NCBI GenBank assembly: GCA_040235515.1 | Contig: JBECKX010000179.1 | Span: forward strand, 23,148-87,147 | From: Candidatus Zixiibacteriota bacterium | Lineage (GTDB): Bacteria > Zixibacteria > MSB-5A5 > CAIYYT01 | Length of the DNA stretch: 64,000 bases | Reading direction: 5' to 3' | Part shown: piece after piece, positions 27,042-38,063 of the stretch | Layout of the letters: each line of letters starts with the position of its first letter | Position numbering within the stretch: position 1 is the first letter of the stretch | Position numbers and translations under genes: made by a program | The notes under the pieces: generated by a model | Databases searched by the model: none | Told to the model about the DNA's origin: nothing | What the model saw: only the letters and a program-made list of their open reading frames with translations

Positions 27042-28253
27042 TTACTCCTTCAGCCTGCTCCGCACTTTGATTTCGCCGTGGAGGGTGCGATGAACCGGGC
27101 ACATGTCGGCTATCTCGAGCAGGCGGTCGCGCTGACCGGCATCAAGATCACCAGTGACTTCAATGACGCGCGTGATCTCATCCACCTTGCCTTTCCTGTT
27201 CTCGCAATCCTCACACTCCTCCGCATGGATCTTGTTGTGATCGAGGTGCACCGTGACCTTATCGACGGGCCATTGCTTGCGGTCGGCATACATTCGGATC
27301 GTCATCGCAGTACAGGTGCCGAGCGCGGCATTGAGGTACTCATAGGGTGACGGACCGAAGTCATTGCCGCCATACTTCTGCGGTTCATCCGCGATCAGTC
27401 GGTGCTTGCCGATCTGGACTTTGGTGGTGTAGTGATCGGTTCCGATCTCGCAGACTACATCATGGTCCGTCTCGAGCTGCCACGGTTCCGGCCTGCCGAC
27501 ATAACGCGCGGCCCACGCGCCAATTACATGGCCGACATAGAAGGAATCGCTACGGCGTTTGATCAGATGGTCGGCGCCATCGAGGCTGATGTATGACTTG
27601 TTTTGCTGTGCTGCTTTGAAGATGCGGGTGGCATTGTCGATCGAGACGACTTCATCATCGGGCGAGTGAATCACGAGCAGAGCCGCGTTGAGGTTGCGAA
27701 TTGCTTCGTTGCTCTCGATAGAGGCGACATCATCCATGAACTGCCGGGTGATGGTGAATTCGCGTCCGGCGATATTGACGGTCGCTTTGCCATCCTCCGA
27801 GAAACCGGCGATCTTCGATGAGAGCAACCTGCCAACATGCTCCGGCGAATGCGGTGCGGCGATCGTCGCTACGGCCCGCACGGAGGAAATCCTGCCACCG
27901 GCTATCAGCACCGCCGCCCCGCCGAGAGAATGACCGAGCAGCAGTTTAGGTGCGTCGTATTCCGATTCGAGGAAGTCGGCGGCGGATACCAGATCCTCCA
28001 CATTCGAGGAGAAGTTGGTGTCCTGAAAATCCCCCTCACTCTCACCGATACCGGTAAAATCAAAGCGCAAAACCGCGAAGCCGTGAGCGCAGAGTGAAGA
28101 CGCTATATTGTAGATCGTGCTGTGATCTTTACCGCAGGTAAAACAATGGGCGAAGATGGCGTAGCTGTGTGGCGGCTGATCGGTGGGAAACTGCAGCCAG
28201 GCCGCGAGCTGTGCACCACCCTGATTTTGGAACGATACTTTTGTGACTCTCAT
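27042..28253 (-). CDS. Alpha/beta hydrolase-OsmC fusion protein
   Basis: AHCFTC, FDFTGIG, GHSLGG, GADH; C-terminal ADEP, ALGTCT and CPVHRTL OsmC domain. Confidence 0.93.
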   Translation of the reverse strand: MRVTKVSFQNQGGAQLAAWLQFPTDQPPHSYAIFAHCFTCGKDHSTIYNIASSLCAHGFAVLRFDFTGIGESEGDFQDTNFSSNVEDLVSAADFLESEYDAPKLLLGHSLGGAAVLIAGGRISSVRAVATIAAPHSPEHVGRLLSSKIAGFSEDGKATVNIAGREFTITRQFMDDVASIESNEAIRNLNAALLVIHSPDDEVVSIDNATRIFKAAQQNKSYISLDGADHLIKRRSDSFYVGHVIGAWAARYVGRPEPWQLETDHDVVCEIGTDHYTTKVQIGKHRLIADEPQKYGGNDFGPSPYEYLNAALGTCTAMTIRMYADRKQWPVDKVTVHLDHNKIHAEECEDCENRKGKVDEITRVIEVTGDLDAGQRDRLLEIADMCPVHRTLHGEIKVRSRLKE

Positions 28254-28521
28254 AATCTCTCCCTGAGGAAAATAGCCTTAACAGGAGATGGTTCGTTCAT
28301 ACGGGAAAATAGCGTTCGAAACGGCTCTGGCAATCGGGTTTCGCAGCGTTGAGCAGATATTCGGCTACCTGATTTGATCTTGACGAATCACCGGAACTTG
28401 TTTTATTTGAATATGTTGACCGAATTACCCGATGTAGAATACTCATACTCTTTTCTCTAATCATTTTCAGATTCGCTGCCTGTGAAGACACGAGGATGTA
28501 ACCCCCGCCTACCGAGCTAAG

Positions 28522-30801
28522 ATGGAGGCCGTTTTGACGCAGAAGCCCTACCACCGAACTACGCCGGTTGCCCGCAGGATGCAGGCGCCAGGTGTCACGT
28601 TATCAGCATTCCTTCTCCTCACTCTGTTATTCTCCGCGACCAGTCTATTCGCGCAGCCGATCGAGAGTTGCGGAACGCGGATTGGCCCTGATGAAGTAGA
28701 TGAGTTGTTCAAACACACGCAGGAGCTAATCGGCATGAGCCAGAAGCGTGCCGGAGAAACATACAAGATTCCGATCCAGCACCATGTCGTGCGGCAATCG
28801 AATGGCAGCGGTGGTTTCACCCAGGCTGAAGTCGACAACGCTATGCTGGAGGGAAATGCGCTCTTCGTACAGGTTAATGTCGAGTTGTATAATTATGGCC
28901 CGGTTGATTTCATCGACGATGATTTCTTCTTTTTCGACTGCTCCAGTTCCGCGCAGTGGGACAGCCTGCGCAACACGAATGTTGAGCCGAACGCGATAAA
29001 CATCTTCTGGGTGCCTAGTTCCTCGGGATTTCCCTACTGCGGTCTGTCATCCTTTACGACCAGTACCACGCAGGGTATCGTCATGAACAACGCCTGCGGT
29101 GGCATCGGACCGAGCAACTCAACCATGGTGCATGAAATCGGCCACTACTTCAATCTCTACCATACGCACGAAACGGCTTTCGGCGATGAATGTCCGAGCG
29201 GCGACAATTGCGGCTTCACGGGGGATCTCGTCTGCGACACACCCGCCGATCCGAATCTGCAGGGCCAGGTTACCCCTGAGCCTGACTGCATCTACACCGG
29301 CGCTGATCCGCCGCCGATCGGATGTGATGCCACCCCCTATGCGCCGCAGACGGAAAATATCATGTCTTATTCTACCAAGGCCTGCCGCGACCTCTACACC
29401 GCGGGACAGACCGACAGGTTCCGGCTCACCCTCGAGAATGACCGCACGGAACTGGCGGTGCAGGTTGGTGACCTCTACTATTTTCCCACATCGTTCGGCG
29501 CCCTGAACGTGAGTGTCGGGGGAATGGTGGATACGACGGTCACTCTCAGAAACGAGGGGGGTGCTGCGATCACGGTAAATTCTATCAGCGTCATGAGTGG
29601 AATGGTCGCCGTGAGCGGCCCGGTGCCGACGACGCTTAATCCGGGCGAGACACAGGATTACGTGATCAGTTTCGATGCCACCGGGTTTGCCGTGCCGTGC
29701 GACCTGGGGTCGTACGATGATATCGTGACATTCACCACTACTGACGCCGAGCGGCCGGTATTCGATATGGCAGTTACCGCCGTCGTGGGACTGGAGGTAC
29801 CGGCACAGAGTTCCTACTCTTTCGGACCTAACTGCCTGATGCTCGATGTCGGTAACACACCGGGATTCAGCGACCTGAACGACTTCGTGAGTGATGTGCT
29901 CTACGACGGCTCTCTGCTGGTTGGTGTTATCAACGGATCGGACACGACGGTCTACCAGGACCTGTTCGGGCGGGCCGACTACTCGATCATCGATGGTTTC
30001 ACACAGGGGGTTGATTCGGTCGGTCGCACAACCCAGACGCTGCAATTCCTCAGCAACGATGACAAGATATACGGTAGTGTGAAGTACAGCTATGGGGCCA
30101 ACACAGCGGGTCTTGATAGCTGCAAGATCATCCAGGTCGAGTATACCCTGAATAATGCCTGCGATACTTCCATGACAATCGCCGCTGGAATTTATGGGGA
30201 CTTTGACATCGATGGTTCCGGCAGCAATAATGCCAGGATATCACTTGCGCAGAACATGGTCTATGTCGAACAAACTTCGACAAATCACCTGGCCGGATTT
30301 GTCAATCTGACCCCTGATTCTCCGACGCGAGGACTCGTTCCGGTTTCGAATCCGACGTCGATTTATCCCACCGGCCAGTACGAAAACAATGAGGCGTATG
30401 CTTCGCTGGTGGGGGGCAATGGTCCGGAGATAACCGCCACCGACGTATCCGCGCTACTGGCTTTCGGTGAGTACGAGCTGCCTGCCGGAGGAAGCATCAC
30501 TTTTGCCGGGGCGATTGTGGTGTCATCCAGCTCACTGGCTGATCTGCAATCGAGTGCGCAGGCAATTCGGCTATTCTACTCGCCACCTGCGTATCTCTGC
30601 GGTGACGCTGATGGTAACGACACTGTCACGATTGCCGATGCGGTCTTTCTGATCAACTTCATTTTCGGAGGCGGACCGGCTCCATTTCCGCCGCTTGCCG
30701 GGGACGCCAACTGCGACGGTTCCATCTCGATCACCGATGTCGTGTATATAATCAACTACATCTTCGGTGGAGGTCCGGCGCCTTGCGCCTCCTGCAAGTA
30801 G
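28522..30801 (+). CDS. Secreted M43 (pappalysin/ulilysin-like) zinc metalloprotease with Ig-like domain and C-terminal dockerin
   Basis: Signal peptide, CGT pro-region Cys, HEIGHYFNLYH, NIMSY Met-turn; duplicated GDAD/GDAN dockerin repeats at 30598-30801. Confidence 0.88.
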   Translation: MEAVLTQKPYHRTTPVARRMQAPGVTLSAFLLLTLLFSATSLFAQPIESCGTRIGPDEVDELFKHTQELIGMSQKRAGETYKIPIQHHVVRQSNGSGGFTQAEVDNAMLEGNALFVQVNVELYNYGPVDFIDDDFFFFDCSSSAQWDSLRNTNVEPNAINIFWVPSSSGFPYCGLSSFTTSTTQGIVMNNACGGIGPSNSTMVHEIGHYFNLYHTHETAFGDECPSGDNCGFTGDLVCDTPADPNLQGQVTPEPDCIYTGADPPPIGCDATPYAPQTENIMSYSTKACRDLYTAGQTDRFRLTLENDRTELAVQVGDLYYFPTSFGALNVSVGGMVDTTVTLRNEGGAAITVNSISVMSGMVAVSGPVPTTLNPGETQDYVISFDATGFAVPCDLGSYDDIVTFTTTDAERPVFDMAVTAVVGLEVPAQSSYSFGPNCLMLDVGNTPGFSDLNDFVSDVLYDGSLLVGVINGSDTTVYQDLFGRADYSIIDGFTQGVDSVGRTTQTLQFLSNDDKIYGSVKYSYGANTAGLDSCKIIQVEYTLNNACDTSMTIAAGIYGDFDIDGSGSNNARISLAQNMVYVEQTSTNHLAGFVNLTPDSPTRGLVPVSNPTSIYPTGQYENNEAYASLVGGNGPEITATDVSALLAFGEYELPAGGSITFAGAIVVSSSSLADLQSSAQAIRLFYSPPAYLCGDADGNDTVTIADAVFLINFIFGGGPAPFPPLAGDANCDGSISITDVVYIINYIFGGGPAPCASCK

Positions 30802-30823
30802 GGCGCAGCAGATTTTGATAACC

Positions 30824-30859
30824 AGAGAGCCGGTGTTGTCACAACATCGGCTCTTTTTG
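30824..30859 (+). terminator. Rho-independent terminator
   Basis: AGAGCCGGTGTTG/CAACATCGGCTCT stem followed by a T-run. Confidence 0.85.
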
Positions 30860-31128
30860 TATGCGCGGGGCTTCTGCCTGAAGGTCGGGATGGCAATTTC
30901 AGCGCCTATCATGTCTGTTTCAATCCGGAACGTCGTTTTTGACGAAGTAGTTCGCTCCGAGATACTTCAGTAACTTTTCCACCTGACGATAATCTCTACA
31001 TAGCATTGGCTCGCCCAATTCGAGCCGACACGCTCGGTCGGGGCAGGTGCGTTCATACCGCCGTGTCGGAAACAACATCCAGAAAAACTGACTCGTTCAG
31101 GGTAGAGTCAAAGGAGGCGGAAAACGAC

Positions 31129-34100
31129 ATGGGGATTACAACCAGAAGCGGCAGCGGTGAGCCCGCGCACGAGACATCCACGCACGACATTGACAGACAG
31201 CATGATGCCGCAGTCATGAACGATCAAGGTAGTGGTGAGGCTACTTTCTCCGACTGTCTCCTCAAGTGTTCTCAAGTACTGGCGAATTCAGGCACGGATG
31301 ATCGCGACAGTATCGAGGTAGCGCTGCGTGCACTGGTAGAGGCTACGCGATTCGACCGCATTCGCATCATCGAAAACATTTCGGACGATGCGAGCGCCCG
31401 CTATGCGCAGTTGACCTGCGCAGTCGTGGGGGAAGGTGAGTCGCGCGAGGCCGGGCAGCAGTTGCAGTTCGAGTATGACGGCGAATGCGCCGCATGGAGT
31501 TCGATGCTCGACAAGAGCGGCGCTGAGAATGGTGCTGCTGTCGAAATCCCGGACTCACTCAGGGAGAAGCTGAAGGCTGAAGATGCCAGGGAGATGCTGG
31601 CGTTTCCGCTCTTTTCCAGTGGTACCTGGATCGGGCTGATCACCTTTGAACAACTGCAGGACTCAGGCGAATGGGTACCGGGTGAGACCGGGTTACTCAC
31701 GGCGGTAGCCGGAATGCTGGGCAGTCATCTCGGCAGGCGCAGGGCGATGTCGAGCCTCCGGCGCCAGGTTGCGCTGCAAACGGTGCTGGGTACAGTCGCC
31801 AAGCGTCTGGCCCAAACGCAATCAACTTCAATCGGTGCAGAAATCGACGCTTCACTTGAGGAGATGGGGCAGGCCTGCGGGGCCGATCGCGCCTCTATCT
31901 TCAAGTTGAATCGCTATGATGGTCTCGTAACCAATATCCATGAATGGTGCGACGAGGGAGTTCCCGCACGGATTTCGCAATCGCTCGATTTCTCACTGCG
32001 TGGTGATCTCCCCTGGTTAGCCCGCCAACTGCACGAATTCAAGCATATATCGCTGGCTTCGCTGGAACAACTCCCGCAGGGCACGGAGAAAGAGCGTGCC
32101 TGGCTTGAAGCCCGCGATGTCGAGTCGATCCTGATCATCCCGCTGCTGATAGACAATTACCTCTTCGGCTTTCTCTGTATCGAAACCGTGAATGAGCAGC
32201 GCGCCTGGCGGAGTGAGATATCCTCGACGCTGCATGTCTTCGGTGAACTGGTAGCAGGCGCCATCAAGCGTAAAGAGATCGACGATGCAATCAAGTCAAG
32301 CGAGCGACGCTACAGGCTGATCGCCGACAACGCTACGGAAATCATCACGGTCTATGACAAAGAACACAGCCTGGTGTGGGCATCCCCCACATTCGGTGAG
32401 CTGACCGGCGTGTCTGCGGACACATTCGTCGGCAGGGAGATCAGTGAGCTGATTTTCGAAGAGGATCTCGATTCATTCCGTCGCCTGCAGGCATTAACGC
32501 TGAAGGGAGCGGACGGAGAACGGGCGCGGGTACGGATCGCCACCAAGCGTGGTGACTGGTACTGGCTTGAGTTAACCGGCAAGCCGTTCTCGGGTGCATC
32601 GGCAGGCTCGGAGGATCAGTACATCCTGATCGGGCGCAGCATTGACCATCACACGCGCGTGGAGGAGACGCTGCGCCGTAACCTGAGCTTCATGCAGAGA
32701 ATTCTGGACACGATCCCCGACCCGATCTACTTCAAGGATCAGAACCTGAACTACCGATTGGTAAACAAGGCGTTCGAGGATTTCCTTGGCCGGTTCAAGC
32801 GAGACATCATCGGCAAGAGCACTTTAGACTTCTGGGAGCCAGAGGTGGCGAACCTCTTCATAGAGATGGATAAAGCGCTGCTGTTGAAGCCCGGTGTCCA
32901 AACGCACGAGACTGAAGTCATCAGAGGGGACGGATCGAAATCGCTCATGATGCTGCACCGTGCATCATTCGCAGACGAGAATGGGGAGATTCAGGGCGTT
33001 CTGGGAATCGGCAGGGATATCTCGGAGCGGAACCGCAGCGAGCAAGCATTGCGGGATCTTGAAGCGCGTCACAAACAGATTCTGAATGCGATTTCGGATA
33101 TCATCATTGTGAAGAGTCCCAGCTCACGAATCACCTGGGCAAACACCGCATTCATGGACTATTACAATCTCTCCGAAGAGGACCTGTTCGACTATATCGA
33201 CTCGACGTTTAACGATGCCGCGACCACGCAACGTTATCTGGAAGCAGATCGCCGGGTAGTCCAGAGTGGCAAAACTGTTGTGATCGATGAGGAGCCTATC
33301 ACGCGGCATGACGGCGAGGTTCGACTCTTCAATACCGTTAAATCACCGATTTTCGACTCATCGGGAGCGGTTACGGCGATCGTAGCGGTCTGCAGAGATA
33401 TTACGAACAGCAAGATTACTGAGCGTGCGCTGGAAGAGAGCAACAGGCTATTCATGACGCTGATCGGCAACCTGCCGGGAATGGTCTACCGTTGCAAACC
33501 AGACGATGAGCGTACGATGCTCTACGCCTCCAATGGCTGCATCAACCTGACGGGCTACACGCCATCCGAACTGACCCATAACCGCAGGGTCACCTTTGCC
33601 GCCCTGATTCACCCGGAAGATATCGCGAAGGTAAGACGCGCGGTCAAACGGGCCGTTGAGCAGCAGAGCACCTACCAGGTAACCTACCGCATCAATGCCG
33701 CGGATGGGAGTACGCGCTGGGTCTGGGAACAGGGAGCGGTAGAGCCGATCACCAATTCTGACGAGTTGTGTCTTGAAGGTTTGATCCTCGATATCACGGA
33801 TAAGAAAGCCGAAGAAGAGAGCCGCCTGCGCCTTGCCACCGCTGTTGAGCAGGTGGCCGAGGCCATTATGATCATGAACTATGATGGCCAGATCGAGTAT
33901 GTTAACCCCGGATTCACGCAGGTCACAGGTTACAGCTTCGAAGACGCGCTGGGTCGCGACCCCATATTCCTGTCGAAGGGTCTGCACGATGACGCCCACT
34001 TCACGCAGTTGTGGGCTACGATCAAGTCGGGCAAAGCCTGGAAGGGGCGCATGAAGAACATGCACAAGGAGAACCGCGTAATCGAGTGCGACGCGACGAT

Positions 34101-35019
34101 TTCTCCGGTGCGTGACGGTAGCGGCAAGATTACGAATTTCGTGGCGGTGGAGCGCGATGTCACCGAGATGGTGAATCTCGAGGGCCAGTTGCGCCAGGCA
34201 CAGAAGCTGGAGTCTGTCGGTTCGCTGGCAGCCGGCATCGCACATGAAATCAATACGCCGATCCAGTTTGTGGGGGACAATACGCATTTCCTCGCGGACG
34301 CCTTCCTGGATATCAACAAAGTACTCGAGAAGGCCCAGTTGATGATCGAGGAAACCAAGCCTGAGGATCCTTGCTCAGTAGCGTGCAAGGAACTGCGCGA
34401 TGCGGTTGCGAACTGCGATGTGGGATTCTATCGCGAAGAGATACCGAGCGCGATCGACCAAACGTTGCAGGGTGTTGACCGAGTCGCGACGATCGTGCGG
34501 GCGATGAAAGAGTTTTCGCATCCAGATACCAGGGAGAAGACACCGATCGAGGTCAATAAGGCGATCACCACCACGCTGACGGTGGCCCGGAACGAGCTCA
34601 AGTACGTTGCGGATGTTGAAACCGAGTTCGGTGAGAATCTGCCGGCTGTGATGGGCTATCCGGGCGAGTTGAACCAGGTATTCCTCAACTTGCTGGTGAA
34701 TGCTTCGCACGCGATCGCCAAAGTTGTGGGTGAGGGTTCGGGTGAGAAGGGGAAGATCACCGTGCGCACCTATGAAGAGGAGGACTACCTGGTGGTTGAG
34801 GTGCGGGACACGGGATGCGGAATCAAGCTGGAGGATCGCGATCGTATCTTCGACCCATTCTACACGACCAAGCCGGTAGGCAAGGGAACCGGGCAGGGTC
34901 TGGCGATAGCCCGCTCGGTAGTGGTGGATAAGCATGGTGGAAAGATCGACTTCGAAACGGAGATCGGTCGCGGCACCACATTCTTCGTACGGCTACCATT
35001 AAGCGCTGAAGGGACATGA
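31129..35019 (+). CDS. Cytoplasmic sensor histidine kinase (2 GAF, about 5 PAS, HisKA, HATPase)
   Basis: AGIAHEINTP H-box, NLLVNA, DTGCG, FYTTK, GTGQGL; no TM helices; AGGAGG RBS before ATG 31129. Confidence 0.92.
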   Translation: MGITTRSGSGEPAHETSTHDIDRQHDAAVMNDQGSGEATFSDCLLKCSQVLANSGTDDRDSIEVALRALVEATRFDRIRIIENISDDASARYAQLTCAVVGEGESREAGQQLQFEYDGECAAWSSMLDKSGAENGAAVEIPDSLREKLKAEDAREMLAFPLFSSGTWIGLITFEQLQDSGEWVPGETGLLTAVAGMLGSHLGRRRAMSSLRRQVALQTVLGTVAKRLAQTQSTSIGAEIDASLEEMGQACGADRASIFKLNRYDGLVTNIHEWCDEGVPARISQSLDFSLRGDLPWLARQLHEFKHISLASLEQLPQGTEKERAWLEARDVESILIIPLLIDNYLFGFLCIETVNEQRAWRSEISSTLHVFGELVAGAIKRKEIDDAIKSSERRYRLIADNATEIITVYDKEHSLVWASPTFGELTGVSADTFVGREISELIFEEDLDSFRRLQALTLKGADGERARVRIATKRGDWYWLELTGKPFSGASAGSEDQYILIGRSIDHHTRVEETLRRNLSFMQRILDTIPDPIYFKDQNLNYRLVNKAFEDFLGRFKRDIIGKSTLDFWEPEVANLFIEMDKALLLKPGVQTHETEVIRGDGSKSLMMLHRASFADENGEIQGVLGIGRDISERNRSEQALRDLEARHKQILNAISDIIIVKSPSSRITWANTAFMDYYNLSEEDLFDYIDSTFNDAATTQRYLEADRRVVQSGKTVVIDEEPITRHDGEVRLFNTVKSPIFDSSGAVTAIVAVCRDITNSKITERALEESNRLFMTLIGNLPGMVYRCKPDDERTMLYASNGCINLTGYTPSELTHNRRVTFAALIHPEDIAKVRRAVKRAVEQQSTYQVTYRINAADGSTRWVWEQGAVEPITNSDELCLEGLILDITDKKAEEESRLRLATAVEQVAEAIMIMNYDGQIEYVNPGFTQVTGYSFEDALGRDPIFLSKGLHDDAHFTQLWATIKSGKAWKGRMKNMHKENRVIECDATISPVRDGSGKITNFVAVERDVTEMVNLEGQLRQAQKLESVGSLAAGIAHEINTPIQFVGDNTHFLADAFLDINKVLEKAQLMIEETKPEDPCSVACKELRDAVANCDVGFYREEIPSAIDQTLQGVDRVATIVRAMKEFSHPDTREKTPIEVNKAITTTLTVARNELKYVADVETEFGENLPAVMGYPGELNQVFLNLLVNASHAIAKVVGEGSGEKGKITVRTYEEEDYLVVEVRDTGCGIKLEDRDRIFDPFYTTKPVGKGTGQGLAIARSVVVDKHGGKIDFETEIGRGTTFFVRLPLSAEGT

Positions 35020-36218
35020 GAACGATGAAACGAGTACTGTTTGTTGATGATGAACCCAATGTCCTGCGCGGACTGAAGCGGATGCTGCACAAGATGCGCG
35101 AAGAATGGGAGATGGAGTTTGCATCCGGCGGCAAGGACGCGCTGGAACTGCTTAAATCAAAGCCATTCGACGCCGTCGTTTCCGATATGCGCATGCCGGA
35201 AATGAACGGCGCAGAGTTGCTGAATGAGATCAAGAACAATTTCCCGGAGGCGGTGCGATTCATCCTGTCGGGACATTCCGACAGCGACCTGATCATGCAG
35301 TCGATCGGCTGCACGCATCAATACCTCGCCAAGCCGTGCGATCCCACGCAGTTGGTGACATCGCTCAACAACTCGTTTGCGCTGCGGAGCCTGCTTTCGC
35401 GCGAGGAATTGCTGGTTCAACTCTCGAAGATTTCGACATTACCGACGCTCCCCGACACCTACAAGGATCTGCTCGCGGCGCTCTCCGATGAGAACAGCTC
35501 GCTTGATACGGTTGCCAAGATCGTTTCACGCGATGTGGGAATGACGGCGACTATTCTGCACATGGTCAATTCGGCATTCTTCGGACTCCCGCGCCAGGTG
35601 GAGAGTCCTCAGCGTGCGGTAAGCCTGCTGGGGCTGGAGACCATTCGCTCGCTGGTGATGATGGCGGGTGTATTCGCGCAGTTAAAAATCGAGCCGCTTC
35701 GCGGCATGACGATTGAGAGTGTCTATTCTCACTGTCTCGAGGTTGGAGTCGTGGCGCAGAAGATCGCTCGAATCCTGGAACTGGACAAGCGCACGGTCGA
35801 TGCCGCCTTTATGGCCGGTACGATGCACGATATTGGTAAGGCTATCATGCTGGTCCACCTGCGCACAGAGTTGGAGCAGGCGGTCGAGGTGTCGGAAGCT
35901 GAGGATATGACGATCTACCAGGCGGAGATGGCGGTTCATGACATCAGTCATGCGGAGATCGGGGCGTATCTCCTCTCGATCTGGGGAGAGCCTGATTCGA
36001 TTGTCGAGGCGGTCGCCCGCCACCACAGGCCTCATTCCACCGAGAAGGCGGAGTTGAGCGCTTTGACCTGTGTACACCTTGCCAATGTCTTTAACCTTGA
36101 GGGGCAAGCTGACGATAAGACTAAGTGGGATAACCCGGTAGCGGACACTGAATACCTAGCGGAGGTCGGACTGGCTGATCGGATTGACAAGATCCGTGAG
36201 CAGGTAACGGCCGAGTAG
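35016..36218 (+). CDS. Response regulator (REC plus HDOD domain)
   Basis: FVDDE, SDMRMP, LAKPC; LPTLP, VNSAFFG, HDIGK, HAEIGAYLL. Confidence 0.92.
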   Translation: MRTMKRVLFVDDEPNVLRGLKRMLHKMREEWEMEFASGGKDALELLKSKPFDAVVSDMRMPEMNGAELLNEIKNNFPEAVRFILSGHSDSDLIMQSIGCTHQYLAKPCDPTQLVTSLNNSFALRSLLSREELLVQLSKISTLPTLPDTYKDLLAALSDENSSLDTVAKIVSRDVGMTATILHMVNSAFFGLPRQVESPQRAVSLLGLETIRSLVMMAGVFAQLKIEPLRGMTIESVYSHCLEVGVVAQKIARILELDKRTVDAAFMAGTMHDIGKAIMLVHLRTELEQAVEVSEAEDMTIYQAEMAVHDISHAEIGAYLLSIWGEPDSIVEAVARHHRPHSTEKAELSALTCVHLANVFNLEGQADDKTKWDNPVADTEYLAEVGLADRIDKIREQVTAE

Positions 36219-36235
36219 TACGGAGGACTGCAAAA

Positions 36236-37438
36236 ATGGATGAGTATGGACTGAATCGGATTCTGATTGTTGACGACGATCCGAACCTCCTCGCTGCTCT
36301 GAGCCGGCAGCTGCGTGGCAAGCACGATGTCACGACGGCCGAGGGCGGTAAGGAGGGCGTAGAGACCCTGCAGAAACGTGGGCCGTTCGCTGTTATCATT
36401 TCTGATATGCGGATGCCGGAGATGAACGGCATACAGTTCCTCACGCGGGCGCAGGAGTTGTATCCCAACTCGGTGCGTATGATGCTCACGGGCAATGCGG
36501 ATATCGAGACTGCTATGCACGCTGTGAATGAGGGGAACATCTTCCGGTTCCTGACCAAGCCTTGCCAGCGCGAAACGCTCTACTGGGCGATCGATGCCGG
36601 CATCAGGCAGTACCGGCTTGTGATCGCGGAACGAATCCTCCTGGAAAAGACATTGATGGGGAGCATCAAAGTGCTCGCCGACGTACTTGCGCTCGTTAAT
36701 CCGATTGCGTTTGGAAGGGCGAACCGGCTGAAAGAGTATGCTTCACAATTGGTGAACAACCTGAACGTCGAGGATATCTGGCAGTTCGAAGCTGCTGCAT
36801 TACTCTCGCAGATCGGCTGCGTGGCGCTCCCTGAGGATATCCTCAGCAAGGTCTACTCGGGCGAAGAACTCACCGAGGATGAGCATGAGATGTATTCCAA
36901 GCATCCGGAGCTGGCGGGACAGTTGCTCTCTCTGATTCCACGCCTCGGCATCGTCGGCAAGATGATCGCCAAGCAGGATATGGATTTTGTCGAGATGGGA
37001 ATCAGTTCCGACGAGTTGATAAATCACCGCGACCTGCTCGGCGCCCAGATCCTGAAAGCGTGCACCGAGTTCGATACCTACATCTTCAGCGGAGAACAGC
37101 GGGTAACCGCCCTGGCGCGGTTGAAGTCGAAGTCGAATCGCTATCATCCCGCTATTTTGCGCGCGGCTCAGCGCTTTGAAGTGATCAATATTGAACACCG
37201 TGAATCGGAATTGCCGATACGCGAACTGACCGATTCGATGACGCTGGCGGAGGATGTCGTTACCGGAAGCGGAATCTTGATTGCACCGCGTGGACAGCGG
37301 ATATCCCTCTCGATGAGAATCAAGCTGCAGAACTACGCACATCGGAATCAAATTCCGAAGAAGATCAAGGTCCATCTGCCGAGCGGTAATCCGATTTCCC
37401 CGACAGAGGCTTCCGAGTCGAAAGTCAGCATGCTTTAG
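36236..37438 (+). CDS. Response regulator (REC plus degenerate HD-GYP-like domain)
   Basis: IVDDD, SDMRMP, FLTKPC; AALLSQIG replaces the canonical LHDIG. Confidence 0.88.
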   Translation: MDEYGLNRILIVDDDPNLLAALSRQLRGKHDVTTAEGGKEGVETLQKRGPFAVIISDMRMPEMNGIQFLTRAQELYPNSVRMMLTGNADIETAMHAVNEGNIFRFLTKPCQRETLYWAIDAGIRQYRLVIAERILLEKTLMGSIKVLADVLALVNPIAFGRANRLKEYASQLVNNLNVEDIWQFEAAALLSQIGCVALPEDILSKVYSGEELTEDEHEMYSKHPELAGQLLSLIPRLGIVGKMIAKQDMDFVEMGISSDELINHRDLLGAQILKACTEFDTYIFSGEQRVTALARLKSKSNRYHPAILRAAQRFEVINIEHRESELPIRELTDSMTLAEDVVTGSGILIAPRGQRISLSMRIKLQNYAHRNQIPKKIKVHLPSGNPISPTEASESKVSML

Positions 37439-37636
37439 CCTGCCGCTTCCGGCGCACAACATAATCCCGATATCTGGCTGCCGCGGACGTGCTGCGCCTC
37501 TCGCTCCGGCATTCAAGTGCTACACCAACCGTGCCCGACTGAATTTCCGTATTGAATCTGGGGGGAGATTGAGTGCAGATTTTCCGCTGCGCAGGGTAGC
37601 GGATGATTCGGCTTGGCGACAACGGAGTGAAGCAAG

Positions 37637-38032
37637 ATGCCCCATTCGATTTCTGAGTTAGTGTTGAAAGTTAGAGATATCCGCGCAGGAGTTGAATTCT
37701 ACCGGAACTTGCTGGGGCTTCAGTTGGAAGAACCGTTCAGCGATGATTGGGCATGGTTCAAGCTCAGCGATAACCCACCGCAACGATTTGCACTGCGAAA
37801 GGGGACATTGTTGTTCGAGGAGCATTCGCCGCGGGTCGCGGAGGAGCGATTTGGCCCGGTGCACTTTGCATTTCAGGTGGATCGATCGGAGTTGGAGGCT
37901 ACGACGGCAAGGTTGAGAGACGCAGGCATTGATCTGCACGGACCTGTTGCGCTCGATTGGATGAATGCCGATTCGGTTTACTGCTACGACCCCGATGATA
38001 ACCTGGTAGAGTTATGGTGCCTGCGCGAGTAG
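37637..38032 (+). CDS. VOC/glyoxalase family protein
   Basis: FYRNLLGL, HFAF, YCYDPDDNLVEL. Confidence 0.88.
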   Translation: MPHSISELVLKVRDIRAGVEFYRNLLGLQLEEPFSDDWAWFKLSDNPPQRFALRKGTLLFEEHSPRVAEERFGPVHFAFQVDRSELEATTARLRDAGIDLHGPVALDWMNADSVYCYDPDDNLVELWCLRE

Positions 38033-38063
38033 TTGCGCCGGCGATCCGGAGTTGGAGCAGAAG

